A stretch of 62,035 nucleotides of DNA, filler included. It is 5 parts of 5 records of this genome, joined end to end, with 100 filler letters (N's around TTAATTAATTAA, not from the genome) between each part and the next. Parts side by side here need not be neighbours in the genome. Positions count along the whole stretch, not along the records: positions 26,732 to 40,920 come from SRR20825019_176; positions 41,021 to 54,623 come from SRR20825019_178; 3 more parts are not named here. One strand, given 5' to 3'. This document shows positions 35,160-45,270 of the stretch, piece by piece; position 1 is the first letter of the stretch, and every line of letters begins with the position of its first letter. Position numbers and translations under genes: made by a program. The notes beneath the pieces were generated by a model that was given only the letters and a program-made list of their open reading frames with translations, was not told where the DNA came from and made no database searches.

Positions 35160-35426
35160 GTGGGTAAAAAAACTAATGTGCTAATAGACGAAAACATATT
35201 GAAAACATATCACTGGAAAATAATACTATACTTGCTGGTTCTTTTATGGATATGCCTATCCATTTTAAGCTGCAGCAAGGATGAGTGCCGTGAAGAGAAA
35301 AAAGAAAATTGTGCAGTAACTTTTGAAATCAACCCCGTTTGTGGGTGCAATGGTGTTACTTACGAAAACCCATCAACAGCCGAGTGTAATGGCATCAAGG
35401 ACTATACAATGGGCTCATGCAACTAG
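35160..35426 (+). CDS. Kazal-type domain lipoprotein (start uncertain)
   Basis: Lipobox ILSC; PVCGCNGVTYEN..AECNG..GSC. Confidence 0.75.
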   Translation: MGKKTNVLIDENILKTYHWKIILYLLVLLWICLSILSCSKDECREEKKENCAVTFEINPVCGCNGVTYENPSTAECNGIKDYTMGSCN

Positions 35427-35575
35427 GTGTTTTGACCGTATAGTAAGCGAAGCGAGGTCTTTTTTTTTAAATAGCTGTGTGCCAAGTAATTTGTATGGAT
35501 TGCCTTAGTTAGCCTATTTTTACTTGAATTAGTTTTGATTCATTGAATCGAGCACGAACCCAATCCAAATGATCA

Positions 35576-36049
35576 ATGAAAAAAATTGTGCCTTTGATTA
35601 TAATGGCTTTTATGTTGTCTAATTGCTCCGAAAATGATGGCGGTATAGACTGCGCGCTTTTTGATCCTGGCTTCCCTTCGTTGTATGTCAGACTGATCGA
35701 TCAAAATGGAGATAATCTAATTGGGAACGGAACCATTGACCCGAACGAAATAATACTCCTAAAAGGATTGGGCTACAGATACAATCCGCCCAATGAATTT
35801 GCAGTTCCAGATTCCGATATCAGAAAGTTCGACAATACAATCAAGTTGTATATCCCGAATGAGTCTACTTTTCAATATATCATTAAACTGAACGAAACTG
35901 ATGTTGTTACCTTGGATATTTCTGCTCAACGAAAAAATATCCCCTGCGATCTTTTTTATTATATTCCAACAGGGATATTGCAGAATAACAAAGAACTCCA
36001 AATAGAGGAAGTTTTCACCTTGGAATTTATAGCAGAAATTACAATTTAA
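35576..36049 (+). CDS. Hypothetical lipoprotein
   Basis: MKKIVPLIIMAFMLSNC signal II; beta-rich. Confidence 0.7.
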   Translation: MKKIVPLIIMAFMLSNCSENDGGIDCALFDPGFPSLYVRLIDQNGDNLIGNGTIDPNEIILLKGLGYRYNPPNEFAVPDSDIRKFDNTIKLYIPNESTFQYIIKLNETDVVTLDISAQRKNIPCDLFYYIPTGILQNNKELQIEEVFTLEFIAEITI

Positions 36050-36136
36050 AAATCATGTACATGGAACAATCGGTCCATTTTAATTGCGACTCGTTTGTGG
36101 TGGCGATGATAGAAACACCCCAAAATATATTCAGAG

Positions 36137-36448
36137 ATGGTAAAAAAGCGAACTGAGCACATAATTCATGCAGATGAAGTCGAAATAGGTCCACTCCAAT
36201 TGCAATTGATGCTCGGGTCCTCGTACAAAAAAGCGATTGAACTATGCGTAAACAGCATTTTTTGTAACTGTGGGTCAAAAGACAAACGTCTGGTTAATTA
36301 CAAAAGCTATATCAACGACGTAAACGATGTCATTCTAAAGGGCTGGTGTAGTTCTTGTAATACCATCGCAGCAAGATATATAGAAACTGGTGAACGTGAA
36401 GGTATTGAAGCCATTGCGGATAGAATAAGACATACCAATCAAAAATAA
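36137..36448 (+). CDS. Small hypothetical Cys-containing (possible Zn-ribbon) protein
   Basis: FCNCG and GWCSSC motifs. Confidence 0.6.
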   Translation: MVKKRTEHIIHADEVEIGPLQLQLMLGSSYKKAIELCVNSIFCNCGSKDKRLVNYKSYINDVNDVILKGWCSSCNTIAARYIETGEREGIEAIADRIRHTNQK

Positions 36449-36616
36449 CCTTATATACTTGACCAGTAAAACGGTTTGAAGATGAACATCTTACTCGTGA
36501 ATCTCATTTTTATGATACCTAAAAAAGAAGATGTCTTTTTGTTGATTAGAGCCCCTAAAAATAGTAAAGGAAGGTGAAATTAACCTTATGTGTTGGTGCT
36601 GAAAAACTTCTGTAAA

Positions 36617-37066
36617 CTACCTGCTCAATCTTATAGCCTTGAACTTCATGACTTTTGATGTTTCATATCCTATGTTTAATATATTCCCATCTATTGCATA
36701 ATTCATTATAAATGCTTCCCGACTCGAGTCATAGGTCGAAGCGATGGTCTGATAAAAACGCATCCCCCACTCACTTTCGGCTACTTCGGTTCCATTCAGC
36801 GAAAGAAATGTCAAACTACCTGTACCCGAAGCATACTCCCCGAAAAAAGTGTTCCGTGCCGTTGAACCATCAAATTCATCTTCCTTAAACGTGATTCGGA
36901 TAACATCACCCCTGTTAGGGGTATTTATATTTTCTCCCGTACTTTCATTGAAGTACGAAACCAACTCCCAAGAACCCATTAGCGTTACATTGGTCACCAC
37001 ATCATCATCACTGCATCCCAAACAGAAAAACAGCATCAGAAGTATAGCTAAATACCTGACTGACAT
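36617..37066 (-). CDS. META-domain-like lipoprotein
   Basis: Lipobox CLGC; LMGSWELVSY..FDGST.RNTFFGEY..TEVA..WG.RF. Confidence 0.65.
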   Translation of the reverse strand: MSVRYLAILLMLFFCLGCSDDDVVTNVTLMGSWELVSYFNESTGENINTPNRGDVIRITFKEDEFDGSTARNTFFGEYASGTGSLTFLSLNGTEVAESEWGMRFYQTIASTYDSSREAFIMNYAIDGNILNIGYETSKVMKFKAIRLSR

Positions 37067-37289
37067 AACAATAATTTTATAGTAATATACAATTTTAACA
37101 TAGACATCCCTTCGTTAAATCATCACAATTTTTAATTCCTTATGTTTGAGTGGCCTGAATTTTATTTCTAAACCATTTGGAATAACAATCAAACAATATT
37201 TTGAGGAATCGGTAAAGTGCGGTATGTTTTATTAAATCAAATGATAAAATTGGCCGTAACTAATCATCGAAACCAACCTTGATATAGGA

Positions 37290-37661
37290 ATGACCATGAA
37301 AAAAAAACGTGCAAACTCGGAACACTACATTTGGGGAGACAATTGCCATGGTTGGCATCTCTTGAAAAATGACCGATTGAGTATCATAGAAGAGTGCATG
37401 CCTCCCAATACCTCTGAGGTCAAGCATTATCATACCAATGCCCAACAGTTCTTCTATATTTTAAAGGGGAACGCCGTCTTTGAATTGGATAATACAACTG
37501 TGCACATTGGCGAACGGGAAGGGATACATATCGGACGCAAAGTTGTTCACCAAATTCGAAACGAAGGCAACATGGATTTGGAATTCCTTGTAATCTCAGA
37601 GCCATCATCCAAAGGTGATCGAGTAATCATAGAACAGATCGAAACCAAAGAACAATCCTAA
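37290..37661 (+). CDS. Cupin_2 domain protein
   Basis: HYIWGDNCHGW, EVKHYH..QFFYILKG, HQIRN, FLVISEP. Confidence 0.88.
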   Translation: MTMKKKRANSEHYIWGDNCHGWHLLKNDRLSIIEECMPPNTSEVKHYHTNAQQFFYILKGNAVFELDNTTVHIGEREGIHIGRKVVHQIRNEGNMDLEFLVISEPSSKGDRVIIEQIETKEQS

Positions 37662-37671
37662 GCAAAAAGTG

Positions 37672-37995
37672 TCAGTTATCCCCGAACTTCTCCAACGCGG
37701 CGAGGATAGGTCCCAAAGCCTTGCCCTTCTCCGTTAGCCTATAATGCACCTCTGGAGGAAACCCTTTAGTTTCACGTCTTTTTATAATACCCTTGGACTC
37801 CATTTGCAGTAAAGGATCTGCAAGTACTTTTTTAGAAACTCTAGGCATCGATCGCCAGAGGTCGTTGAACCTGAATTCCCCATAGTGGAACAAATAATGT
37901 AAGATCATCGGTTTCCATTTTCCCGACAGCATATTCAACGCCTTCTTTAATCCACAATTCTCAAAATCCTTATAGTCCATCGCGGGTTTATCCAT
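37672..37995 (-). CDS. HxlR-family winged-helix regulator
   Basis: CGL..LSGKWKPMIL..RF..L..VSKKVL..PPEVHYRLTEKG. Confidence 0.9.
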   Translation of the reverse strand: MDKPAMDYKDFENCGLKKALNMLSGKWKPMILHYLFHYGEFRFNDLWRSMPRVSKKVLADPLLQMESKGIIKRRETKGFPPEVHYRLTEKGKALGPILAALEKFGDN

Positions 37996-38123
37996 AAACC
38001 AAAGTTACCTTCTTGCTCATTTATCAAGACTCAGCTAGGTTTACCAAAACAAAAGATGACATTCCTTAGACAAAAGTGGAGTTGAGGAACACTTTAAAGA
38101 ATAAAATGTTTAAATCCTATCCT

Positions 38124-38888
38124 ATGCACATACAGTTATGGCGCAATGCCACCATCCAGATTGCAGTCGGAAAAACCAACATACTGATCGACCCCATGCT
38201 GGGAGAAAAAGGTTCGATTGGTCCTTTTCCCTTTACCCATGATCAACGTAAAAATCCATTGGTTCCCTTGCCCTTCTCTGAAGAGGAACTAAGAAAAAAA
38301 CTGGAACGTATTGATGCCGTCTTTGTTTCGCATCTGCATCCGGACCATTGGGATGAGGCAGCCATTCGTTTAATCGAGAAGACAACCACAATCATATGCC
38401 CTGAACCTTTGGCAAAAACCATAGCTTCTTATGGCTTTCAAAATATTGATTTACTCAAAGACCAAATAATACGTGATGACATTCAGCTCCATTTGACCAA
38501 TGGACAGCATGGCACCGGTGACATAGGGAAACATATGGGTCAGGTCAACGGAATCGTACTTGAGCACCTTAGTCAAAAACTTTATATCGCAGGGGATACC
38601 ATATGGTGCCCTGAGGTTAAGGAAGCCATCAATAAACACCGGCCCCAACATATCATTGTGGCTGGTGGTGCAGCCACCTTTGCCATCGGAGACCCCGTCA
38701 CCATGACAGGGGAAGACATCAAAGCGCTTTGTGAATACGCGCCAAAGTCATCCATTTGGATAACCCATATGGAGGCGGTAAGTCCATGCAGGGAGGATAG
38801 GACCATGCTTACTGAATATCTAAAGTCCCATGGGCTTTTAAATCAGTGCAAAATATTGGCCGATGGCGAGGAAGTAGAGTTAAATTGA
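38124..38888 (+). CDS. Metallo-beta-lactamase-fold hydrolase
   Basis: RNAT..LIDPML, SHLHPDHWD (HxHxDH), YIAGDT, THMEA; divergent from HxlR. Confidence 0.9.
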   Translation: MHIQLWRNATIQIAVGKTNILIDPMLGEKGSIGPFPFTHDQRKNPLVPLPFSEEELRKKLERIDAVFVSHLHPDHWDEAAIRLIEKTTTIICPEPLAKTIASYGFQNIDLLKDQIIRDDIQLHLTNGQHGTGDIGKHMGQVNGIVLEHLSQKLYIAGDTIWCPEVKEAINKHRPQHIIVAGGAATFAIGDPVTMTGEDIKALCEYAPKSSIWITHMEAVSPCREDRTMLTEYLKSHGLLNQCKILADGEEVELN

Positions 38889-39110
38889 ACGGAGTTCTCC
38901 ATTTGAAGAGGTGCCAGTGAAAAAACCATACCTTCTTCAACCTCCCCCCTCCTAAGGTTGTAGACCTATTTCATGGAAAACAACCCTATTGCACATGGCA
39001 CTACCTAAAGCAGTGAGGCGGTGATTCGATTATATTATAAACGAAAAACCGAACCGCAACCGCATATGCATCGTGAAAAGAAGTGCTTTGGAAAATCGGT
39101 ATCCAAGGGT

Positions 39111-40007
39111 TTAATGGCGCGTAAAAAGCTTCGGTTCCAATATCCTATTTGGTCCCTTGCTTTCCCATTTGGTATTAGAACCCCAAGTGGGCCTATGATA
39201 CCTTTTCCCTTTCAACACCAGTTTGCGACTGCCGCTTTTTTCCTGTAGCTCTATCATTAGACGTTCCTTACCGCTCAAGGTAAACTTGGGTACCACATAA
39301 ACAAAACGCTCCACATGGCCTACCTTGACAATGGAAAGCTTGTTATATCTGTAAATTGGTTCCAGAGAAAGTTTCTGATAAGAGGACTTCTTTCTTCGGT
39401 TCCCATTCACCTTGAACAGCTGGACAAAATCCACCTCAAAATCAATATCGGACCTGTTTTCAATCTCAAGAACGATATAGGTTTCCTTACCAAAATAGGA
39501 CACATCACGAAGTCGAAGGACCATGCCATCCTTGCGTTTGGCCTTCATCACGGTAGTATTTCGTTCCAAAAAATAGCAGCTGGCCTTGCGATACTGAAGA
39601 CTGTCCGACGGTGTAACGGTTTGGAATCTTCTTGTTTTCTTTTGGGCCATGTCATCCAAATGTTTTTTGGGCAGGACATTCCCAATAGCCTCATTTATGG
39701 CTACGAATCTATGGCTTTCCTTTAACTGTTTACGATAGACCAGATAATAGGAATAGGCCAGACCATCCTCGGTCACCACCAGTAGATTGCTGTCATCACC
39801 CCGATTCCCTTGCAAAAGTCCAACCCTTTCGGGAGTTTCTTTGTTATAGCCTAGTGTATAATTGGAATGCCCAGTGACAGCTCGTGATATCGGCTTTGGG
39901 AATATCAGGGACAACACATGGGTATCGTTGACATATAAAGTGTCCGTTTGGCCATAGACCGTAGCAAGTGACAAAAAAAGTATCGGTAAATATGGATGCA
40001 TTTTCAT
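39111..40007 (-). CDS. traN: Conjugative transposon TraN-like protein (DUF4138)
   Basis: Signal peptide, LIFP, GLLQG..SNLLVVT, EIENRSDIDFE, RFVYVVPKFTL..IELQE..GSR; downstream of traM. Confidence 0.78.
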   Translation of the reverse strand: MKMHPYLPILFLSLATVYGQTDTLYVNDTHVLSLIFPKPISRAVTGHSNYTLGYNKETPERVGLLQGNRGDDSNLLVVTEDGLAYSYYLVYRKQLKESHRFVAINEAIGNVLPKKHLDDMAQKKTRRFQTVTPSDSLQYRKASCYFLERNTTVMKAKRKDGMVLRLRDVSYFGKETYIVLEIENRSDIDFEVDFVQLFKVNGNRRKKSSYQKLSLEPIYRYNKLSIVKVGHVERFVYVVPKFTLSGKERLMIELQEKSGSRKLVLKGKRYHRPTWGSNTKWESKGPNRILEPKLFTRH

Positions 40008-40920
40008 AGGGTTTGATTTTCTGATTTGAGTATGAGTTGATAACCATCATGTACTGTCACGCGCACGGTACGATTGGAGCGTCGTAATACCTGTTTGATG
40101 CCTCCCAATTGGGGCATGCCGGGAAGGCTGATATCCTGAACGGCATCGTCCAGCACCTCTCGTGTTGCTTCTTCGCGATAACTGTTCTCCACATAGATGC
40201 CCTCTCCCCCGTCCATGGTATCGTAGGCCTTTAAACGCACAGGATGCTGGCCAATATGGGCAATGGACAGAAAGACCCGATTGGCACGAAAGGAAACAAA
40301 TCCATACAACAAGGTGTTTCTTGTAAAATATCTATTCCCTATTTGAACATCCTCTTTTAACCGCAGCTCTAAACGGTTTTTGGCCCAGACCCGTTGCTCT
40401 CCATTGACCATGGCCTTAATGGCAACGGGGGGATGAACACTATCTCGCTCTATCATTTTGGAGCCAAAAAAATCGGTATGGGCCTTTGAAAAATCAATGG
40501 TTTTTGTTTTTGGCTTTGGGTCGGAGTTTTCCGTTTGGATATCCACTATTGGTTGGGTCCTTGATTTAGGCTTACGGTAAGTACCCGCCCCATAATCAAT
40601 ACGCCCCTCCCTGTAGATGCTGTCCACGATACGCTGGCGCTGTTTCTCCTGTAATTCCGGGTCGTAGATTCCGGTGGAATCGATATACTCTTCCCCATAA
40701 AGACTGGGCTTTGTTCGTTCGCGTTCCTCCTTGATGGCGTCAACGGCCTCTAGCTTTGAGCTGAACTCTTCTGGTTCCTCTACCAGTTCCGGCACCCTTG
40801 GTTGCCTTATCTCCTCATCTTTTGAAGGTTCCCCCATCTGCAGTGCATAGAGAATGATAAACCCACAAATGCTGATAAGCAGCCCTATAATGCAAAAAAC
40901 GGGCATAGTATACCACCTTC
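40004..40920 (-). CDS. traM: Conjugative transposon TraM (VirB10-like), 5' truncated
   Basis: N-terminal TM, SKLEA, RLELRL..NTLLYG..NRV..AYDTMDGGEGIYV..V.VHDGYQLILK. Confidence 0.82.
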
Positions 40921-41020
40921 NNNNNNNNNNNNNNNNNNNNNNNNNNNNNNNNNNNNNNNNNNNNTTAATTAATTAANNNNNNNNNNNNNNNNNNNNNNNN
41001 NNNNNNNNNNNNNNNNNNNN
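40921..41020. other. Artificial contig spacer
   Basis: N-run with TTAATTAATTAA. Confidence 0.98.
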
Positions 41021-41509
41021 TCCGGCGTCCTTGGTGGCCTGGCGCTGGCTATCGTTAAAGTAGGCGGGCACGGTGATAACAGCCTTGGTAACCTTCTCTC
41101 CGAGGAAAGACTCAGCAGTCTCGCGCATCTTGGTGAGGACCATAGCACTGATCTCCTCAGGGAAGTACGTCTTGTTCTCCTTCATGTACTCAACCTGGAT
41201 AACAGGCTTTCCATCCTTGACGGTGACCTTGAAGGGCCAGTGCTTCTTGTCGCTCTGAAGATCAGGGTCATCATAGTTACGTCCAATCATGCGCTTGGCA
41301 TCGAAGACGGTGTTGGTGGGGTTCATACCCACCTGGTTCTTGGCGGCATCACCGATAAGACGCTCAGTCTCGTTGAAGGCGACGTAGGAGGGGGTAGTGC
41401 GGTTACCCTGATCGTTAGCGATAATCTCAACGGCATCATTCTTGAACACTCCCACGCAGCTGTAAGTGGTTCCCAGATCGATTCCGATAGCTCCAGTGAA
41501 GGAAGACAT
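41021..41509 (-). CDS. HSP70: Cytosolic HSP70, 5' part (truncated)
   Basis: [49 protein letters not shown]. Confidence 0.97.
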
Positions 41510-41600
41510 AATTTCTAAAACTGAATGAGGAAAGTGAAAATACGCACTGAATTAACAAAAAAAAAAACGTGGCAATACAAAATGATTACGGTAAATAAAT

Positions 41601-42995
41601 CTAGACTACAGATTTCTTAAATTCCAACCAGTATGACACACCTGTGTCCACAAAGCTCATAACGACAAACAGGCCGCCGATAATACCACAAAGTTGAACG
41701 ATAAAATGACCTAAAGAGGGTCTCAAAAATCGGTTGTTGAGCTGCATGTTGTAGAAGTCAAACTGGAAAGTAAGACCCATTCCCTGAATACGATTTCCAT
41801 TTCCTGGCGGACGCTTTTGGTGCTGGGCACTGAACTCGAAGCTGCTATCTGTGCCCCTCAGTGTTGTTGTGTACGTAGCTGGCACAACGTTCAGGAGGTA
41901 TATTACCGACTCCAACGCAAATCGAGTTCTAAACGACTTCTTGTCTAATGGGAAAGGTGTAATAGCTGACTCTGATGAATGTGTTGACGTGAAGCGACGA
42001 GCGGAGGCACCAAATGAAAGGTGGTGTATGTCGTGGGACACATTATACCGCATAGCCTCTGCCATATCGTAGTCATGGGTATGCTCTCCAAACATACCGA
42101 AGGCGCCGATTCCAGGCCTGAAATGAAAGTTTCCCTTCACACGCTTCACCAAGAATGTGCCTTTTATATTACACCCAGGATTCTTCTTGGACTCTTCGAA
42201 TAGACACTGCTCGACTGTCGACGGATTTGGCCTTCTAATACCATGTTTATCAAAGGCGTCCATGACGCTCATGCATGTGTTGCAACACTTCGCATCCTTG
42301 GCATGCTTCGTCGTCCCCAGGTGGCGATCCACGTAGCAGTGTCCGCAATAATCCTTATGCTGTACATCCCTCTGTGGCATGTAGATAATCATATTTCCAA
42401 TACGCTGTCCTTGCATCTCCCCACCACCACCGCGCTCATTCTCGCCATGGGCTTTGAGTTGTTCGTCGAACTCATTGTTGAGAGCTCTTGACCGCTTTGC
42501 TTCTAACATACCTGCCAGGGCATGTTGTTGGGCGGCAAAATCGTACTTCTGTGAGAAGGATAGGTAACCCCATGAAGACACTGGGCTTTTGATCAAATCC
42601 TGCACTGCCTCTTCCTCAAATCCATCTGAGACGTCCAACACATCTAGCCACAGATTGTGGCATTGTATAGATGGGAATGTTATGTCGATATTTACAGGGA
42701 CCCGCGCTAAATTTGTGTCACTGTCGAAAGAGGAATCCATAACGACAAGCTCAGAGGAGTAGGCATCTCTTCCGGCGAGGTACGCGCCACACTCCCACAC
42801 CAAAAGGATCGATATCAACGCAGTAGCACCAAGGCTAACAAGCGCACCACTCTTGGACTGCTCTCGCTGGAAGTCTTCTTTTGGCTTCGGGAATAAATCA
42901 ATACGTCGTATCCGCTTGGCGAAGGGCTGCTTTGGCTGCACGTCTACGGGGGCAGGGGTAGGAACAGGACGCCTCTGAATGACCTGCTCTTCCAT
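41601..42995 (-). CDS. ERGIC3/Erv46-family ER-Golgi transport protein
   Basis: IDLFPK, two TM segments, YCGHCY..CCNTC, VEQC, GNFHF, NVSHDIHHLSFG, LCGIIGG. Confidence 0.88.
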   Translation of the reverse strand: MEEQVIQRRPVPTPAPVDVQPKQPFAKRIRRIDLFPKPKEDFQREQSKSGALVSLGATALISILLVWECGAYLAGRDAYSSELVVMDSSFDSDTNLARVPVNIDITFPSIQCHNLWLDVLDVSDGFEEEAVQDLIKSPVSSWGYLSFSQKYDFAAQQHALAGMLEAKRSRALNNEFDEQLKAHGENERGGGGEMQGQRIGNMIIYMPQRDVQHKDYCGHCYVDRHLGTTKHAKDAKCCNTCMSVMDAFDKHGIRRPNPSTVEQCLFEESKKNPGCNIKGTFLVKRVKGNFHFRPGIGAFGMFGEHTHDYDMAEAMRYNVSHDIHHLSFGASARRFTSTHSSESAITPFPLDKKSFRTRFALESVIYLLNVVPATYTTTLRGTDSSFEFSAQHQKRPPGNGNRIQGMGLTFQFDFYNMQLNNRFLRPSLGHFIVQLCGIIGGLFVVMSFVDTGVSYWLEFKKSVV

Positions 42996-43101
42996 GGTCC
43001 TTTTCTTAAATAGGAATAATATAATGAAAGAACAAATTTCCAAATAAACAATGCATCTAGCTCATTGGTAACATAAGCACTATCTGACAACGTAATATTC
43101 G

Positions 43102-44499
43102 TTAGATATTCTGAATGGCAACCTTCTTGAAATCGACAATAAATTTAGCCAGGAGATCCTTCAAGTACAGCACATCAACAGTACCACAAGTCTCACGGAT
43201 GCTGTGCATTGACAGCATAGCATTGCCCAGATCAGCAGTCTTGATACCGCTCAATGTGCTCAGGATGGGGCCGATAGTGGAACCGCATGGGGAGTCGTTC
43301 TTGACGCAGAACATCTGAACAGGAATATCAGCAGATGTGGCAAGGGCCTTTAGGACAGACGATGTTACACCTGTGGTAGCATAGCGCACGTTGGCGTTGT
43401 ACTTGATGGCGGGACCAAGGTGGAGGGTGGGTCGATGCTTCTCCTCGTGCTTATCGAGGTAGTTGGGATGAGCAGCATGTGCGCCATCTACGGACAGGAG
43501 GAATGAGTTCGATACAGCCTGGATCTTCAATGTAGGATCGCAACCCACCACGTAGTCGACAAGCTCAGTGACCATGGATCCGCCTGCACCCTGTGGGCTG
43601 GAGGATCCAACCTCCTCGTGATCGAACATGGCCAGAACAGTGACCATATCATCATCCGCTAATTGTGAATCGGCCTCGATAATGGCCTTCAAACTGCAGA
43701 ACACAGAGAGAAGGTTGTCAATGCGAGGGGCATGGATGAACTCGTCGTGGAGACCACCAATGGCAGCGGGCTGGCGATCGACAACACTGAGATCGAAATC
43801 AACGATGTCTTCCACATTGATTCCAAGCTCGGCGGCGATGGCGCGCATTAGGGGCACGCTCTGCTCAGCTGGCTTCTTGGTCTTATCATCTGTCTCTGGT
43901 ACGGGGGGAGCAGAAAGACTCTCAGCAAAGTGAGAGCAGATGATAGGCACCAGGTGGTTTTCCTTGTGGGGTCCGAATGCATCACGCTCCGCTGCGTTAC
44001 GAAGATGGATAGCGAGGGTGGGAAGGTACAGTAGATTCTTAGGGACGTAGACCAGGCGGGACGTCATTTCCAGTGGGTTGGTGGGGTTCTTAACGATCAC
44101 ACGACCAGCAACTGTAAGCTCACGATCAAACCATGTGTGCCAAAGTCCACCTCCGTAGCACTGAACTCCTACGCTGTGGTAAGCGCCCTTGGAGCTCACA
44201 GACTTGGGCTTAATAGCAAAGTTGGGAGAGTCGGTATGTGAGCCAATCAACTTAAGGCCGCTGCTGCTGTTGAACTTGTCACCGACACGGAATGCTACGA
44301 TGCTGCTGTCGTTGCGTGTGAAGAATGCCTTCTGTCCGGGGGCGATAGCTGGCCATGGGATACCTTCGGGGAGGCGGGTGTACCCATTGGCAATCAGCTC
44401 TTCCATAACAACACTGACGGCGTGGAACGGTGTAACAGCCTTGTTCACAAACTCGGTGAACTCAACAGCTACGCGGGAAGCTTTTGAAAGGGCGGTCAT
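43102..44499 (-). CDS. M18 aspartyl aminopeptidase
   Basis: TPFHAV, HTDSP, YGGGLWHTWFDR, RIDNL, DHEEVGS, CGSTIGP, SMHSIRE. Confidence 0.94.
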   Translation of the reverse strand: MTALSKASRVAVEFTEFVNKAVTPFHAVSVVMEELIANGYTRLPEGIPWPAIAPGQKAFFTRNDSSIVAFRVGDKFNSSSGLKLIGSHTDSPNFAIKPKSVSSKGAYHSVGVQCYGGGLWHTWFDRELTVAGRVIVKNPTNPLEMTSRLVYVPKNLLYLPTLAIHLRNAAERDAFGPHKENHLVPIICSHFAESLSAPPVPETDDKTKKPAEQSVPLMRAIAAELGINVEDIVDFDLSVVDRQPAAIGGLHDEFIHAPRIDNLLSVFCSLKAIIEADSQLADDDMVTVLAMFDHEEVGSSSPQGAGGSMVTELVDYVVGCDPTLKIQAVSNSFLLSVDGAHAAHPNYLDKHEEKHRPTLHLGPAIKYNANVRYATTGVTSSVLKALATSADIPVQMFCVKNDSPCGSTIGPILSTLSGIKTADLGNAMLSMHSIRETCGTVDVLYLKDLLAKFIVDFKKVAIQNI

Positions 44500-44649
44500 T
44501 GAATTATGAATTATTCTTGAAGGGGGGAGGGGGTAAACTAAGACATATACATCATCAGCAGCAATACTTCTATGTTGTATATTTACACAACTTCAGATAC
44601 TTTGGATATTTAGAATACAAAAAATCAATACATTGGTGGGGACATTGTG

Positions 44650-45177
44650 CTATCGTGTGCCCTCGATAAAGTTAACATTCTTCAGGAGGTCTGTCTCTTC
44701 CCTTTCCTTCTCAACGCCCTTCCGACCGTACAGTTGGCGGTTTGTAGCAAGGGGGTTGTCGTGGGCCGTACGAGCGGCACTCCATCCAATAGTCTGGTTG
44801 ACTGTGAGAGGGCCAGTCTGCTTCTCGTGTGGCTTCAGCCTAAGGCGCTCCTTGAGGTAGGCTGCACGACCGGCACCCTCCTTTGAAGTTCCATTGAACA
44901 GTAACTGGCGCAGATCGTTACCCTCCCTCTCATTCTTAAGCGTCGTATCATGATTGACAACTCGGTCAACGGCGATCTTCTCGCGGTCAGTGTACTCGGG
45001 ATCGTACACCTTTCTCCACTCCTGCGTAATGCGCTGCTCGGATAAGATCTGATTACGCCAGCAGTCGTTGGAGGCAAGAGTCATCTTCATTCCCATTGCA
45101 CAAGTACCAGTCATTTTGGCTTCCTTAGCCTTCTGCTCAGGGGACACCAGAGGGGGTAGCTTCTTACTGCGGGGCAT
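44650..45177 (-). CDS. SPMIP1-like (ciliary microtubule inner protein) domain protein
   Basis: W..I..E.R....W and LFNGTSKEGAGRAAYLKERLRLKPHEK..P.TVNQTIGW. Confidence 0.6.
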   Translation of the reverse strand: MPRSKKLPPLVSPEQKAKEAKMTGTCAMGMKMTLASNDCWRNQILSEQRITQEWRKVYDPEYTDREKIAVDRVVNHDTTLKNEREGNDLRQLLFNGTSKEGAGRAAYLKERLRLKPHEKQTGPLTVNQTIGWSAARTAHDNPLATNRQLYGRKGVEKEREETDLLKNVNFIEGTR

Positions 45178-45270
45178 ATTATTATTCTATGGGGGATCAA
45201 AAAATGTAACAATTTCAGACAATCAATACACACAGTTAAAATAGATTGATAGTAATATATAATATAACTC

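Larger units (their letters stand above)
26732..40920. mobile_element. Bacteroidota (Flavobacteriaceae-like) integrative conjugative element, internal fragment
   Basis: ssb, RadC, BfmA-like, MobB-like relaxase, T4CP, TraN and TraM on one contig; no integrase or ends visible. Confidence 0.85.

Noticed and set aside
39111..39210. Odd C-terminal tail of TraN
   Set aside because: Probably stop-codon drift; cannot be judged without an alignment.
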